Source: a bacterium | Lineage (GTDB): Bacteria; Desulfobacterota; DSWW01 | Assembly: GCA_040756235.1 (NCBI GenBank) | Contig: JBFLZG010000106.1 | Location: 1-58,506 of the forward strand | DNA: 58,506 nt | Direction: 5' to 3' | In this document: in pieces, positions 8,703 through 17,858 of the stretch | Layout of the letters: each line of letters opens with the position of its first letter | Numbering within the stretch: the stretch's first letter is position 1 | Notes under the pieces: model-generated | Told to the model about the DNA's origin: nothing | The model's input: the letters and a program-made list of their open reading frames with translations, nothing else | Databases searched by the model: none | Position numbers and translations under genes: made by a program

Positions 8703-9337
8703 GCCGCATCTCTCCTGGTATGGTCCATGGAATCGAGCAGATGAACCGTCTTGATGCTGTATTCGTCGATCTCGTCGAGGAGCCGGTTGGCCTTGGACTG
8801 GAGCACGGAGTTGAACAGCAGGCACGGAATGGCCACGATCAGGCCGAACGCGGTCGTGTTCATGGCGATGGCGATGCCTTTGGCGAGCTGCACGGCCTTT
8901 TCCCCCGGCTCGGCGCCATAGATGGCCTGAAAGGCGATGATCAGCCCGATGATGGTGCCGAGCAGGCCCAGCAAGGTCGAGATGTTGGCCAGGACAACGA
9001 GGTAGTGGGTCCTCTTCTGGATCCTGGGCGTCACCTCGAGCGCCGTTTCCTCCATGGCGGCGAAGGCACCCTCTCGCTTGTTCAGGTACTGCCGGAGCCC
9101 CGCCCTGAGAATGCTCGGCAGCGGCGAATCGTCGCAGAAGGCAATGGCGCGGTTCAGGTCGCCCTTGAGCACGGTCAGGCGGATCTGCTGGAACAGCTTG
9201 GGCCCGTTGATGTTGTAACGGTAATAGAGGAAATACATGCGCTCCACGATGATGGCGATGCCCAGGCACATGACGAGCAGGATAGGATGCATGAAGAAGC
9301 CGCCGCTCTGATACATTTCGATCACGGACAACGACAT
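8699..9337 (-). CDS. MotA/TolQ/ExbB proton-channel protein (AglR-like)
   Basis: GGFFMHPI; TLLGLLGTIIGLI; GIAIAMNTTAFGLIVAIP. Confidence 0.92.
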   Translation of the reverse strand: MSLSVIEMYQSGGFFMHPILLVMCLGIAIIVERMYFLYYRYNINGPKLFQQIRLTVLKGDLNRAIAFCDDSPLPSILRAGLRQYLNKREGAFAAMEETALEVTPRIQKRTHYLVVLANISTLLGLLGTIIGLIIAFQAIYGAEPGEKAVQLAKGIAIAMNTTAFGLIVAIPCLLFNSVLQSKANRLLDEIDEYSIKTVHLLDSMDHTRRDAA

Positions 9338-9382
9338 CGCGTCTTTCCTCCTGGAGCCCCGGGTTTCTGCTCGGCTCCTGGT

Positions 9383-9772
9383 CTAGGGCTCAGAGGCGGC
9401 CTCTGGCCGGGTTTCCATTTCCTCGATCCACTGCCTGTCGATCGGGGCCAGAATGTCTGCAGTGAAGTCCTTCTCCCGGCTCCCGCGCTTGTACTGGATC
9501 GGCGTCATCGGGATGACGAACATGGCCTTGGGTTTCTCGACCTCCCCGAGGATCTCCACCTCGTGCATGCGGATGGAACGCTGGGGCTGTTTGTCCTCGG
9601 TGTCCTGCGCCTCTTTCGCCCCGGTGGAGGCCTTGTCCGGGGAACCGCTCTTGGGCGATTCTCCGAAAGCCGTTCGCGCCGGGCAGCAGAGCGCGGCGAG
9701 CAGCAGGAACAGCACCCAGCAGGCCGCGGGCCTGCCCGGCCGCCTATGACGACTTACCGCTATCCTTTCCAT
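9383..9772 (-). CDS. Secreted GltF/CglF-like small protein
   Basis: Signal peptide; VEILGEVEKPKAMFVIP...KDFTADIL resembles the GltF 'IEGExxKP' motif; position between TPR gene and exbB. Confidence 0.6.
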   Translation of the reverse strand: MERIAVSRHRRPGRPAACWVLFLLLAALCCPARTAFGESPKSGSPDKASTGAKEAQDTEDKQPQRSIRMHEVEILGEVEKPKAMFVIPMTPIQYKRGSREKDFTADILAPIDRQWIEEMETRPEAASEP

Positions 9773-12700
9773 CCTGGCCCGCAGTCCATCCCTTGAGGAA
9801 GTCCGCGTGAAGGGTCCCGCCCTGGTCGATGTACTTCTGAATATACTCGGTTGCCCTCGGCACATCCTTGAGGAATTCACCATAAATCACGCCCGCATTC
9901 AAGAGGGCCGGCGGGAAGGAAGCGCGGGCTTGCTCCGCGTCCGTGAAGCAGGCGATCGACTTTTCGTACTCCTTTTGGGCCGCATGGACCAGGCCCATGT
10001 TGTTCAGGGCTTCGGCCCCCTTGGGGTTCTTGTCGAGGGCGAGCAGAAGGTCGGCTCTGGCCGGGGCGTACTGACTCTTGCGCAAATAGAGGACCGCCCG
10101 GTTGTTCCAGTCCGCGTACTCCGTCTCCTGTCCTTCTAGGATGCGACTGTAACCCTCGATGGCCTCATCCAGCCTTCCCTCTTCGAGGAGCCGGTAGGAG
10201 AGCTTGCGCAGGACCCTCGAGCTCGCCTTGGGGTGCTCCAGGAGCGAGCGATAGGTCGCCAGGGCCTCCTCCTGCTTGCCCAGGCACGCCTGAGCCTGTC
10301 CCAGCTCGACCAGGGGATCCAGGTACTGAGGCAGAAGGGAGATGGCCTGCTGCAGCGGCTCCAGGGCCTCCTGAGGGGCCTGCCGGCGAAGACGGCAGAC
10401 CCCGAGCAGGTAGTAGGCGCCGGCATACTCGGGCGTGAGAGCGGCGAGCTCCTGCATGTGCCGCTCCGCGGCCGCCGCGTCTCCCTGCGTCAGATACAGG
10501 ACGCCCAGGTTGAGGTGGGCCAGCGGGAGACGGGTGTTCTGTTTCAGCGCGAGCTCGTAGTACCCCGCGGCGTCATGGGTCTTGCCCAGCAAGTGGTTCA
10601 GGACACCCAGGTCGAGCTGCACCTCGTAGAGGGTCGGTTCCTTTTCCAGAAGCTCCCCCAGAAGCTGTGCGGTGCGTTCGACCTGCTTCCGATCGAGGGC
10701 GGCCTTTCCCTGGAGACCCTCCTGCAGGGCCTGCAGGATCTCGTCCATCTTGGCCTGTAGCGTCTTGGCCTTGGAAGCCGAGAAGGCGCGGGGCTGGCCG
10801 GTGTCGATCTTGCGGATCAGGGAGCGCTTCTCGCTCCACGTGTCCTGCCAGGCGACCGGGCTGTCCTGAAGAAGCGACGGGTAGTGGACCGCATCCAGCT
10901 CGGAGAGCCGGCCGTAGGAGCACAGGACCCAGGAGTTGAACACCGCCTTTTCCCTGGATCTCTCGAGCGTGACCCGGTAGGCGCTCAGGGCCTTTTCCAG
11001 ATAAGGCGCGGCCTGCTGCCGGAGCAGGTCTCTGTAGACCTCGATTTCCTCCGGGGCGAGATCCTTGGGGATCTCGGAATCGAGAAAGCTCTTCCAGAAG
11101 TCCTCGTACAGCTCCCCGACCCGGAAAGCGGCTGCCGTCGCATACTCACCGGCCCCGGTCTGCGCGGTCTTCATGTAGGCGTCGACCAGAACATCCAGCT
11201 GGGACTGTTTTTTCGCCAGGTTCTGCTTGAGCGGTTCACGCAGGCGGATGCGCTTGTATTCTTCGAACGCCGGATCGAGCACGCGGAACCGTGCGACGGC
11301 CGTCTGGAACGGATCGACGGTCAGGGAGGGATCGGCTTTGCGCGCCTTTTCGACCTCTTCCAGGAAACGCTTGTACCCCGCCAGGGCCTCCTGCGCCGCG
11401 CCGCGCTCGTCGTCCATCTCTGCCTGCAGATAGGCGATCTCGACGAGTCTGGCCGCGTCCTGGGGATAGCGTCCGGCGTAAATGGAAAAGATCCTGCGGG
11501 CCTGCTCGGGCTGGCCCTCCGAGCGCAGCCGCTTGGCGAGCTTGTAGAGGGTCTCCCGGGCAAGAGGGCTCGTCGGGTCCTTCTCGAAGATCTTGTCCAG
11601 GTGCTCCAGGATGCGGTCCCACTGCTTGGTCTCCTCGTAGTGGGCGAGCGGAATGAGCAGCGCGTCCGTGCGGTGCTGGGAGTCGGGGTAGAGGGCGAGA
11701 ATCTTCTCGAAGCAAGCGGCTGCCTGGACCGGGTCCTGGGCCTTCTGGAAAGCGAGGGCGGCGTTGAACATCGCATCCGGGGCCACCTGGCTGCGGGGCG
11801 ATTCGTCGGCCAGGGCCAGGTAGCTCTCTGCCGCCTGGGCCCAGTTGCCCTTCTTTTCTTCGGCGCGGGCCAGCTCGAAACGGGAGATCTGGAGCAGGTG
11901 CTCGGCCCTGGCCCGCTGGCTCTGGTCCAGCCCGAGATCCCGCGCGAGGATATCGCGCGCCCAGCGCTCGACTTCCGGGTAGTGAGAGGCCTCGAAATGC
12001 GATTCCAGCACGAGCATCCATGCCCTGCGTATGTTCGCGTGATGAGGATACCGCTCGATGATCTCCCGGAAGAGCGCGGCCGCCTCCGGGTAGCGGCGGG
12101 CGTTGTACAGGATTTCACCTTGCTTGAACAGGAGCAACGGCACCTGGTCGCTTTCCGGGTTGAGCTCGATGTACCCGCGGTAGGCGGCCAGCAGCACGTC
12201 CACGTCGGCCTTGTTCTGGGCGCGCAGGGCCTCCAGGCACTGGATCCGCTTGGAGCCTGCCCGTTCCCGATACTGGAGGAAGCTCTCCTCGGTGGCTACC
12301 CTGGCGTACTCCTCGGCAGCGCGCTCGAACCGGCCGGTCTCGAACAGGCACTCGGCCAGGAGGAAGCGGTTCTCGTAAGCCCTCTCGTCCGGGGGGAAGT
12401 ACTCGAGGTAGTTTTCGTAAAGCCGAATCGCCTTGTCGTACTCGGCCGCATCCTTCTTCTCCCGCGCGGTCCGATGGTGGGCGAGGATCTGGTTGCTCAG
12501 GATCTCCTGGAGCACCGCGTCCGCCTCGGCACGCACCTGGGGATCGGGGTTGGCCAGATCCCAGCCGGTCCGGCGGCCGTAGCGGTCCAGCAGGGAAGCC
12601 TCGATGCGTTCGGCTTCGGCGACCCTCCCCTCGACGCGCAGGCACTCGAGGAGCGACTTCTCCATGAAGGGCGCCCTGGGATGGTCGGGATAGGAGCGCA

Positions 12701-13796
12701 GGATCTGCTGATACGTCTCGATGGCGTCCTTGAACCGGGAAGTCTCACGGAAGTGGTCCGCGAGCTGCACGGACAGGTCCGGTCCGTACGGCGGGTTGTG
12801 ATGCTCCTTCAGGAAGTCGTCGAGGGCCGGCGCGCCGCCCGTCTCGCTCAGGATCTTGGCGAGGATCTCGAGAGACTCGCGGTAGAGGTCGCCCTTCTTC
12901 TTTCCTTCCTGCGGGGCATAGAGATCCAGGATTCTGGCAAAAGAACGTTGAGCCTCGTCCACCTGCTGGGCGGCATAGTCGCACCAGCCGACTTTGAAGA
13001 GCGCTTTCTCGTAGAGCGGCGTGTCACCGAGATCGAGGACCTTGCGGTAATAAGCCCTCGCTTTGTCGAAGTCGTTGAGCTCGAAGTGGTGCTCACCGAG
13101 TCGCATGTAGGCTTCCGGGGAAAACCGGCTGGACGGGGCCGAGAGCGCGACCTCGCCGAACAGAGAGACGGCCTGGTCGAGATCCCCCTCCTCCTCGAAC
13201 GAGTACGCAATGTTGTAGAGGACCTCAGGACGGTTGGGGGAGTCCGGGAAGGTCTCGAGGAAATCCTTGTAGATCTCCCGCGCGGGCGCGAAGTCGTAGC
13301 GGGGAACATCGGGCCGGGAGGTGGCGTAGCCGAGCTGGAACTGCTTGAACGAATCGTCGTAGGCCCGCATCGCCTGACGGTGGCGTGCGAGACATTGCTC
13401 GAAGACGAGATGGCCCAGGTTGAGCAGGGCCGATTCCAGGGTCGCCGGGTCCAGAGATTTTCGATCCGTGAGCAGCGCGCGGTAGTTTTCGATCGCGCGC
13501 CGCCGGTTCTGTTCTTCCTCCGCTTCGACTCGCGCCGCGGGCGGCAGAGCACTTTTTTCATCCCGGGATTGCATGCGGCCGGCGATGGCCTCGGCGTTCC
13601 GTTCCGCGTTTGCGAACAGATCGGGCTTGGGCGCCTGCTGCGCCTCGCGCGGCGTGCAGCAGGGACAGGCCAGCGCGGCCAGTGCGCACAGGAGGGCCGA
13701 CAGAAAGGAAAAGCAACCCGCGGGCCCGGGCGCGCGCCGCCGGGCGGCGGTCTGAAATCGCTTCTCCTCGATCCTCTTCTCAAAAAGAGTCTTCAT
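9744..13796 (-). CDS. Very large TPR lipoprotein (GltD-like, with a GltE-like C-terminal TPR block)
   Basis: 1350 aa; signal region with Cys; many TPRs (EAYMRLGEHHFE, KALFKVGWC); AAAFRVGELYEDF...YRDLL. Confidence 0.75.
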   Translation of the reverse strand: MKTLFEKRIEEKRFQTAARRRAPGPAGCFSFLSALLCALAALACPCCTPREAQQAPKPDLFANAERNAEAIAGRMQSRDEKSALPPAARVEAEEEQNRRRAIENYRALLTDRKSLDPATLESALLNLGHLVFEQCLARHRQAMRAYDDSFKQFQLGYATSRPDVPRYDFAPAREIYKDFLETFPDSPNRPEVLYNIAYSFEEEGDLDQAVSLFGEVALSAPSSRFSPEAYMRLGEHHFELNDFDKARAYYRKVLDLGDTPLYEKALFKVGWCDYAAQQVDEAQRSFARILDLYAPQEGKKKGDLYRESLEILAKILSETGGAPALDDFLKEHHNPPYGPDLSVQLADHFRETSRFKDAIETYQQILRSYPDHPRAPFMEKSLLECLRVEGRVAEAERIEASLLDRYGRRTGWDLANPDPQVRAEADAVLQEILSNQILAHHRTAREKKDAAEYDKAIRLYENYLEYFPPDERAYENRFLLAECLFETGRFERAAEEYARVATEESFLQYRERAGSKRIQCLEALRAQNKADVDVLLAAYRGYIELNPESDQVPLLLFKQGEILYNARRYPEAAALFREIIERYPHHANIRRAWMLVLESHFEASHYPEVERWARDILARDLGLDQSQRARAEHLLQISRFELARAEEKKGNWAQAAESYLALADESPRSQVAPDAMFNAALAFQKAQDPVQAAACFEKILALYPDSQHRTDALLIPLAHYEETKQWDRILEHLDKIFEKDPTSPLARETLYKLAKRLRSEGQPEQARRIFSIYAGRYPQDAARLVEIAYLQAEMDDERGAAQEALAGYKRFLEEVEKARKADPSLTVDPFQTAVARFRVLDPAFEEYKRIRLREPLKQNLAKKQSQLDVLVDAYMKTAQTGAGEYATAAAFRVGELYEDFWKSFLDSEIPKDLAPEEIEVYRDLLRQQAAPYLEKALSAYRVTLERSREKAVFNSWVLCSYGRLSELDAVHYPSLLQDSPVAWQDTWSEKRSLIRKIDTGQPRAFSASKAKTLQAKMDEILQALQEGLQGKAALDRKQVERTAQLLGELLEKEPTLYEVQLDLGVLNHLLGKTHDAAGYYELALKQNTRLPLAHLNLGVLYLTQGDAAAAERHMQELAALTPEYAGAYYLLGVCRLRRQAPQEALEPLQQAISLLPQYLDPLVELGQAQACLGKQEEALATYRSLLEHPKASSRVLRKLSYRLLEEGRLDEAIEGYSRILEGQETEYADWNNRAVLYLRKSQYAPARADLLLALDKNPKGAEALNNMGLVHAAQKEYEKSIACFTDAEQARASFPPALLNAGVIYGEFLKDVPRATEYIQKYIDQGGTLHADFLKGWTAGQDGKDSGKSS

Positions 13797-15930
13797 CCGT
13801 ATCCGTCCCCTCGGACTGGAGGTCCTTGGTGATCTCTTCCTGGCGGATGAGGAGGGCTTCGGCGAACAGTCGCTGTGAGGCGGAAAGCAGATTCTGGAGC
13901 TCTCCGGCCCGGCGCTCGTGGATCCTTCGCATCTCCCGTTCCAGCATGAGCCCGATCCTGCTTTGAACCGTCCGGATCCGCTCGCCGATGCGGGGCTCGA
14001 ACGCCTCGATCGGCAGCTCCAGGGAAAGGACGGCCTCCTGGGCAGCCGTGTCTCCGGCCATGAAGAGCAGGGGCGAGCGGTGTCTCCAGGACCGGAGCTC
14101 CTGAAGGCTGCGCGCATAAGCCATCCACTGGCGCAGCAGCAGGACTCGGACTTCGCTCTCCGATTTCGAGCTGGTGCGCTCGATGCGATCCGCCCAGCCG
14201 GAAAGGGTATCGGCCGTATCCTGCAGCGCACGCCGGGTGGAGAGGATCTTGCGGAGCACTCGCTCCCGGTCTTCGAGAGCGTACGGGAGGTGGCGCACGC
14301 GGCTCTGCATCTGGTCGAGGACGCTCTGGATCCCTTCTCTGATCTGGCTCGGGAAGAGGATGTCCTGGAGCAGGGAGCTGTAGAACTCGAATGCGTCCAG
14401 TTGCAGGCGCCGGCTCTCGTCGGGGGTCACGAGCCCGAGCAGATCACCCAGGTGAGACAGCCGATTTTCGGTATCGATCAGTTGAAAGCCGACGTCCAGC
14501 ATGCGGGGGGCAACGCTTCCGGCGGCGCTCACACGAGGGTCCATGGGAGGAAAGTACTCCTCCATGGGAGAAGGGGCGAAGCCCTGCGGCGTAACCCCTT
14601 TCCGGGCTGCCAGCTCCAGCAGCGAGGAGCGCACGCTCGCCGTTGCCTGTTGAAGCTCCATGAGCCCCTTCAGGCGCGGCGAAGCAGCGCGTTCTCTTTC
14701 CAGGAGCGCCTGGACCTCGCGCCAGAAGCCCATCTGGTCCTGGGAGAAGCCGGCCAGAGCCGACTCGACCTCGCCCGAGGGCCTGAGCCCCAGCAGCGCA
14801 TCGGCAAGCAGGGTCATCCATTCGGCATCCTCGCCCCACCTCTTGTACTGGGAAATGCGCAGGAGGAGATGAACCTGGACCTTGTGAAAAAGCTGGGAAG
14901 CGTCGGAGTAGACCCCTTTGTCCGAGAAGATGCGGGCCGCCTCCATCTGGGCCTGTACCAGGGTGTCCGGGTCGGCCGGCGTCTGCTGGGCTTCGAGGAA
15001 ATAGGCGACGGCCTTGGCCGGCTCTCCGAACGCATCATAGGACCAGCCGAGGTCCACGAGCGCGTCCGGAAGGTACACCGAATCCTCGCCCACGGTCTTG
15101 AAGCCGGCGATGGCTTCCTGGAACCGTTTCATTTGAAAGAAGATCCTCGAGCGGGTGAGGCGGCAACGGTCCGCGAGGGTGCGGGGCATCGAAGCGCCGG
15201 ATGGGCTGTCCAGGAGAGAATCGAGGAGTGCCAGCGCCTGCTCCCGGTCCCCGCGCCTGTACTTCACCTGGGCCCGGGTGTAGGTCGCGTAAGGGTAGAC
15301 GGCCGCATCCGGCGGGATCATGGCCAGGTGCTGCTCGGCGGGGTGGTCCTGGCCCAGGATATAGAAGGTCTGACCGATGAAATAACGGCTCTCGGGCAGC
15401 AGGAGGGCCTGCTCTTCGGGTGGCAGGGCCTGCGTGAGAGAGGAGACGGCCTGGTAGTTGCGCTGCTCGAACAGCAGGCGAAGAATTGCGTTACGGGCAG
15501 CGGGGGCCGTCCGGCCCCCGGGATGGGCCGCGAGATGTCTCCGATACGCGCCCAGAGCTTCCCCGTTCATGCCGAGGGCCTCGTAGCAGCGAGCACGCTG
15601 AAAAGAGAGCCTCTCATCCCGGGCCAGGGGGGAGCCCCACGACTGGAGGATCTCCAATGTCCAGAGTCCGCACTCCCAGCAGGAGGCAACGGAATCCGAC
15701 CCGGCGGGAAGCTCGTCGGAACCCTCGAACGATTCCAGCCAGTCGACCGACGGCCCCTCCCAATGCCATTTGTGAGGCCCCATGAAGGAGCAGGCCTGGT
15801 CGCAACGGGCGTGGTCGATTCGGCCCCCCGTCAGGCCCAGAAAGAGGATCGCGGCCGGCCAGAGGTGAAGGCGGCTCACGCGGGCGCGCGGTCCGGGAGA
15901 TCGGGAGGTACGGTGCGTCGGGCGGATCAT
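13780..15930 (-). CDS. TPR protein (GltC-like), first gene of the motor operon
   Basis: Signal/TM segment, TPR repeats (DALVDLGWSY), coiled-coil C-terminus; overlaps start of next gene; start approximate. Confidence 0.65.
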   Translation of the reverse strand: MIRPTHRTSRSPGPRARVSRLHLWPAAILFLGLTGGRIDHARCDQACSFMGPHKWHWEGPSVDWLESFEGSDELPAGSDSVASCWECGLWTLEILQSWGSPLARDERLSFQRARCYEALGMNGEALGAYRRHLAAHPGGRTAPAARNAILRLLFEQRNYQAVSSLTQALPPEEQALLLPESRYFIGQTFYILGQDHPAEQHLAMIPPDAAVYPYATYTRAQVKYRRGDREQALALLDSLLDSPSGASMPRTLADRCRLTRSRIFFQMKRFQEAIAGFKTVGEDSVYLPDALVDLGWSYDAFGEPAKAVAYFLEAQQTPADPDTLVQAQMEAARIFSDKGVYSDASQLFHKVQVHLLLRISQYKRWGEDAEWMTLLADALLGLRPSGEVESALAGFSQDQMGFWREVQALLERERAASPRLKGLMELQQATASVRSSLLELAARKGVTPQGFAPSPMEEYFPPMDPRVSAAGSVAPRMLDVGFQLIDTENRLSHLGDLLGLVTPDESRRLQLDAFEFYSSLLQDILFPSQIREGIQSVLDQMQSRVRHLPYALEDRERVLRKILSTRRALQDTADTLSGWADRIERTSSKSESEVRVLLLRQWMAYARSLQELRSWRHRSPLLFMAGDTAAQEAVLSLELPIEAFEPRIGERIRTVQSRIGLMLEREMRRIHERRAGELQNLLSASQRLFAEALLIRQEEITKDLQSEGTDTDEDSF

Positions 15931-16252
15931 GGAGTCCCGCGAAGTGGAGGTTCGATGCGGCCGCCTCGGGTTCGCGCAGCGGTCCTTCTCCAGCGAGCGA
16001 TCATGCGTGAACCCCAGGAAGGCCCCTGCGCCGCGCCAGGAGCCCCGGAGCGAGATTTCAATAACATCTCCTCCCCGGGGAATGCAAGTATGGAAAAGCA
16101 GCACACGAAAGGATGCGCACGCGAAAGGATCCGCACGACCCGGGCGGCGAGCCGTAAGGCCGTATCGAATGCCGCGGGCAGGAACGAACGATGGGAGGCC
16201 GGGCGGCTCCGCACGGCCTGAGGGGCGACGCGTGCGTTACGCGCAAGATCGA

Positions 16253-16564
16253 TCAGTTGATCCAGTCCCGCATGGAGTCGGAAGGGGTGACGTCCGGAGG
16301 GTCATCGTCAGATTCCTGCGAGTAGATCTCCACCTGTGCCTGCAAGCCGCTCAGGATTCTCCTGCCCACCCGGGCGAGGTGGGCGAGCAAGAACCCTGCG
16401 CCCACGAAGAAGCCGCCGAGTGCAAAACGGATCGCTTCGGGAAACAACAGGACCACCATCCCGAGGAGCACGAGGCAGGCGCCGGGCAGGTAAAGCACCC
16501 AGAGCATCCCTCGCCGCCGCCCCGCAGGATCCCTGCGCCCGAGCGTCCTTTCCGTTCTCTCCAT
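16253..16564 (-). CDS. Small membrane hypothetical protein
   Basis: 103 aa, two hydrophobic helices, AAGGAG upstream. Confidence 0.55.
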   Translation of the reverse strand: MERTERTLGRRDPAGRRRGMLWVLYLPGACLVLLGMVVLLFPEAIRFALGGFFVGAGFLLAHLARVGRRILSGLQAQVEIYSQESDDDPPDVTPSDSMRDWIN

Positions 16565-16697
16565 CTCGTTCTGATCTCCTTGTGCCGTTATTTATATATA
16601 TGGGGTGTCGGACGGGGTCAATTGGGTTCAACGAAGCGCCGCAGCTCCGCCGGGGCCGGCCCGGGCGCGAGCGAGAGAGCGGCGGCGGGCGCTGACA

Positions 16698-16727
16698 TTG
16701 ACAGGGAAATCGGCCGCAAAGTAACTT
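16698..16727 (+). promoter_or_regulatory. Putative sigma70 promoter of the kinase/regulator pair
   Basis: TTGACA-N18-TAACTT about 25 nt upstream of the ATG. Confidence 0.45.
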
Positions 16728-16752
16728 AAAGTTCGGTGAAGAGGGCCATCGA

Positions 16753-17853
16753 ATGGGCGAGGAGAGAATGGGCTCGACCGAAGATGAGAGGCCGCCGGTT
16801 CTGGGGGATGCTTCCTTTTACGAGGAGATCCTGGACGTCATCAACGACTGCATCAAGATCGTATCCAGGGATCGTACGATTCGGTTCGTCAACCAGGCTG
16901 CGGCAGATCTTCTCGCGCGTTCCAAACAAGAGCTCGAGGGTTTGAAGTGCCACAGGGAATTCAACGGCTGTCCCGGGCCTTGCGACTTCTGTCGGGTGGA
17001 CGAGGTGTTCCGGACAGGCCGGGCCAAGCGGTTCGCGGTCTGGATCGAGCGCGGCGGCGGGGAACGATACATGGAGTTCTCCGTCCTTCCGATGAAGGAC
17101 CGGTCCGACTCGGTGAACTGGGTGGTGGAGATCACGCGCGATCTCACGGAAAAGAGGAAGATCGAAGATCGGATCGCCTTTCAGGAGAAGCTCGGGCTCC
17201 TTGGAGAAATCTCGACCCGAATCGCCGACCAGATGAAGAACCCGATCAGCGCCATCCTGACAGCTTCGAGGGTGTTTGCGGAGAGCCGGGATAGGCTCTC
17301 GTCGCACGAGCGCGAGACGCTCTCCCGAGTCCTGCACGAAGAGGGGGCGAGAATCCAGTCGCTGCTCCACGATTTCCTCTCTGCCGGCGCCCGGCGGGCT
17401 CCGGTGCGGGTCTTCCTCGACCCGGCAGCGGTGACGGATGAAGTCCTTCGGGCGATGCAGCAGGGCCCCTCGTGCCCGGCGGGAATCCGATGGAAAACAG
17501 GACCTGTCCTGAAGGGCGGGCGGATCTTTGCGGACGCGGAGCAAATCAAACAGGTCCTGTGGAACGTGCTGCTCAATGCGGTCGAAGCCGTTGACGGAAA
17601 GGGAGAGATATCGGTCCAGGTCGAGCGGGACGGCGAATTCATCCGGTGGTCCGTGGTCGACACGGGCAAAGGAATCGATCCGAAGCATCTGACGCAGGTG
17701 TTCGAGCCTTTCTGGTCCCGCAAGAAGGGCGCCAGGGGCCTCGGCCTCACGGTCGCGAAATACTTGTTGGACATGCATGACGGAGAAATCGACGTAAAGA
17801 ACCGGCCGGGCGGCGGCGCCTGGGTTGCGGTCCGATTACCCGCCGGGAAGTAG
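16753..17853 (+). CDS. Cytoplasmic PAS-HisKA-HATPase sensor kinase lacking the phospho-His
   Basis: Cys-containing PAS; H-box IADQMKNP; N box NVLLNAVEA, G1 DTGKGI, F/G2 FEPFWSRKKGARGLGL. Confidence 0.88.
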   Translation: MGEERMGSTEDERPPVLGDASFYEEILDVINDCIKIVSRDRTIRFVNQAAADLLARSKQELEGLKCHREFNGCPGPCDFCRVDEVFRTGRAKRFAVWIERGGGERYMEFSVLPMKDRSDSVNWVVEITRDLTEKRKIEDRIAFQEKLGLLGEISTRIADQMKNPISAILTASRVFAESRDRLSSHERETLSRVLHEEGARIQSLLHDFLSAGARRAPVRVFLDPAAVTDEVLRAMQQGPSCPAGIRWKTGPVLKGGRIFADAEQIKQVLWNVLLNAVEAVDGKGEISVQVERDGEFIRWSVVDTGKGIDPKHLTQVFEPFWSRKKGARGLGLTVAKYLLDMHDGEIDVKNRPGGGAWVAVRLPAGK

Positions 17854-17858
17854 GGGCG

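Noticed and set aside
10884..16221. Long antisense ORFs (982 aa, 767 aa) and similar ones opposite dnaE, guaA, thrS, nadB
   Set aside because: Shadow frames expected in high-GC coding DNA; no recognisable motifs
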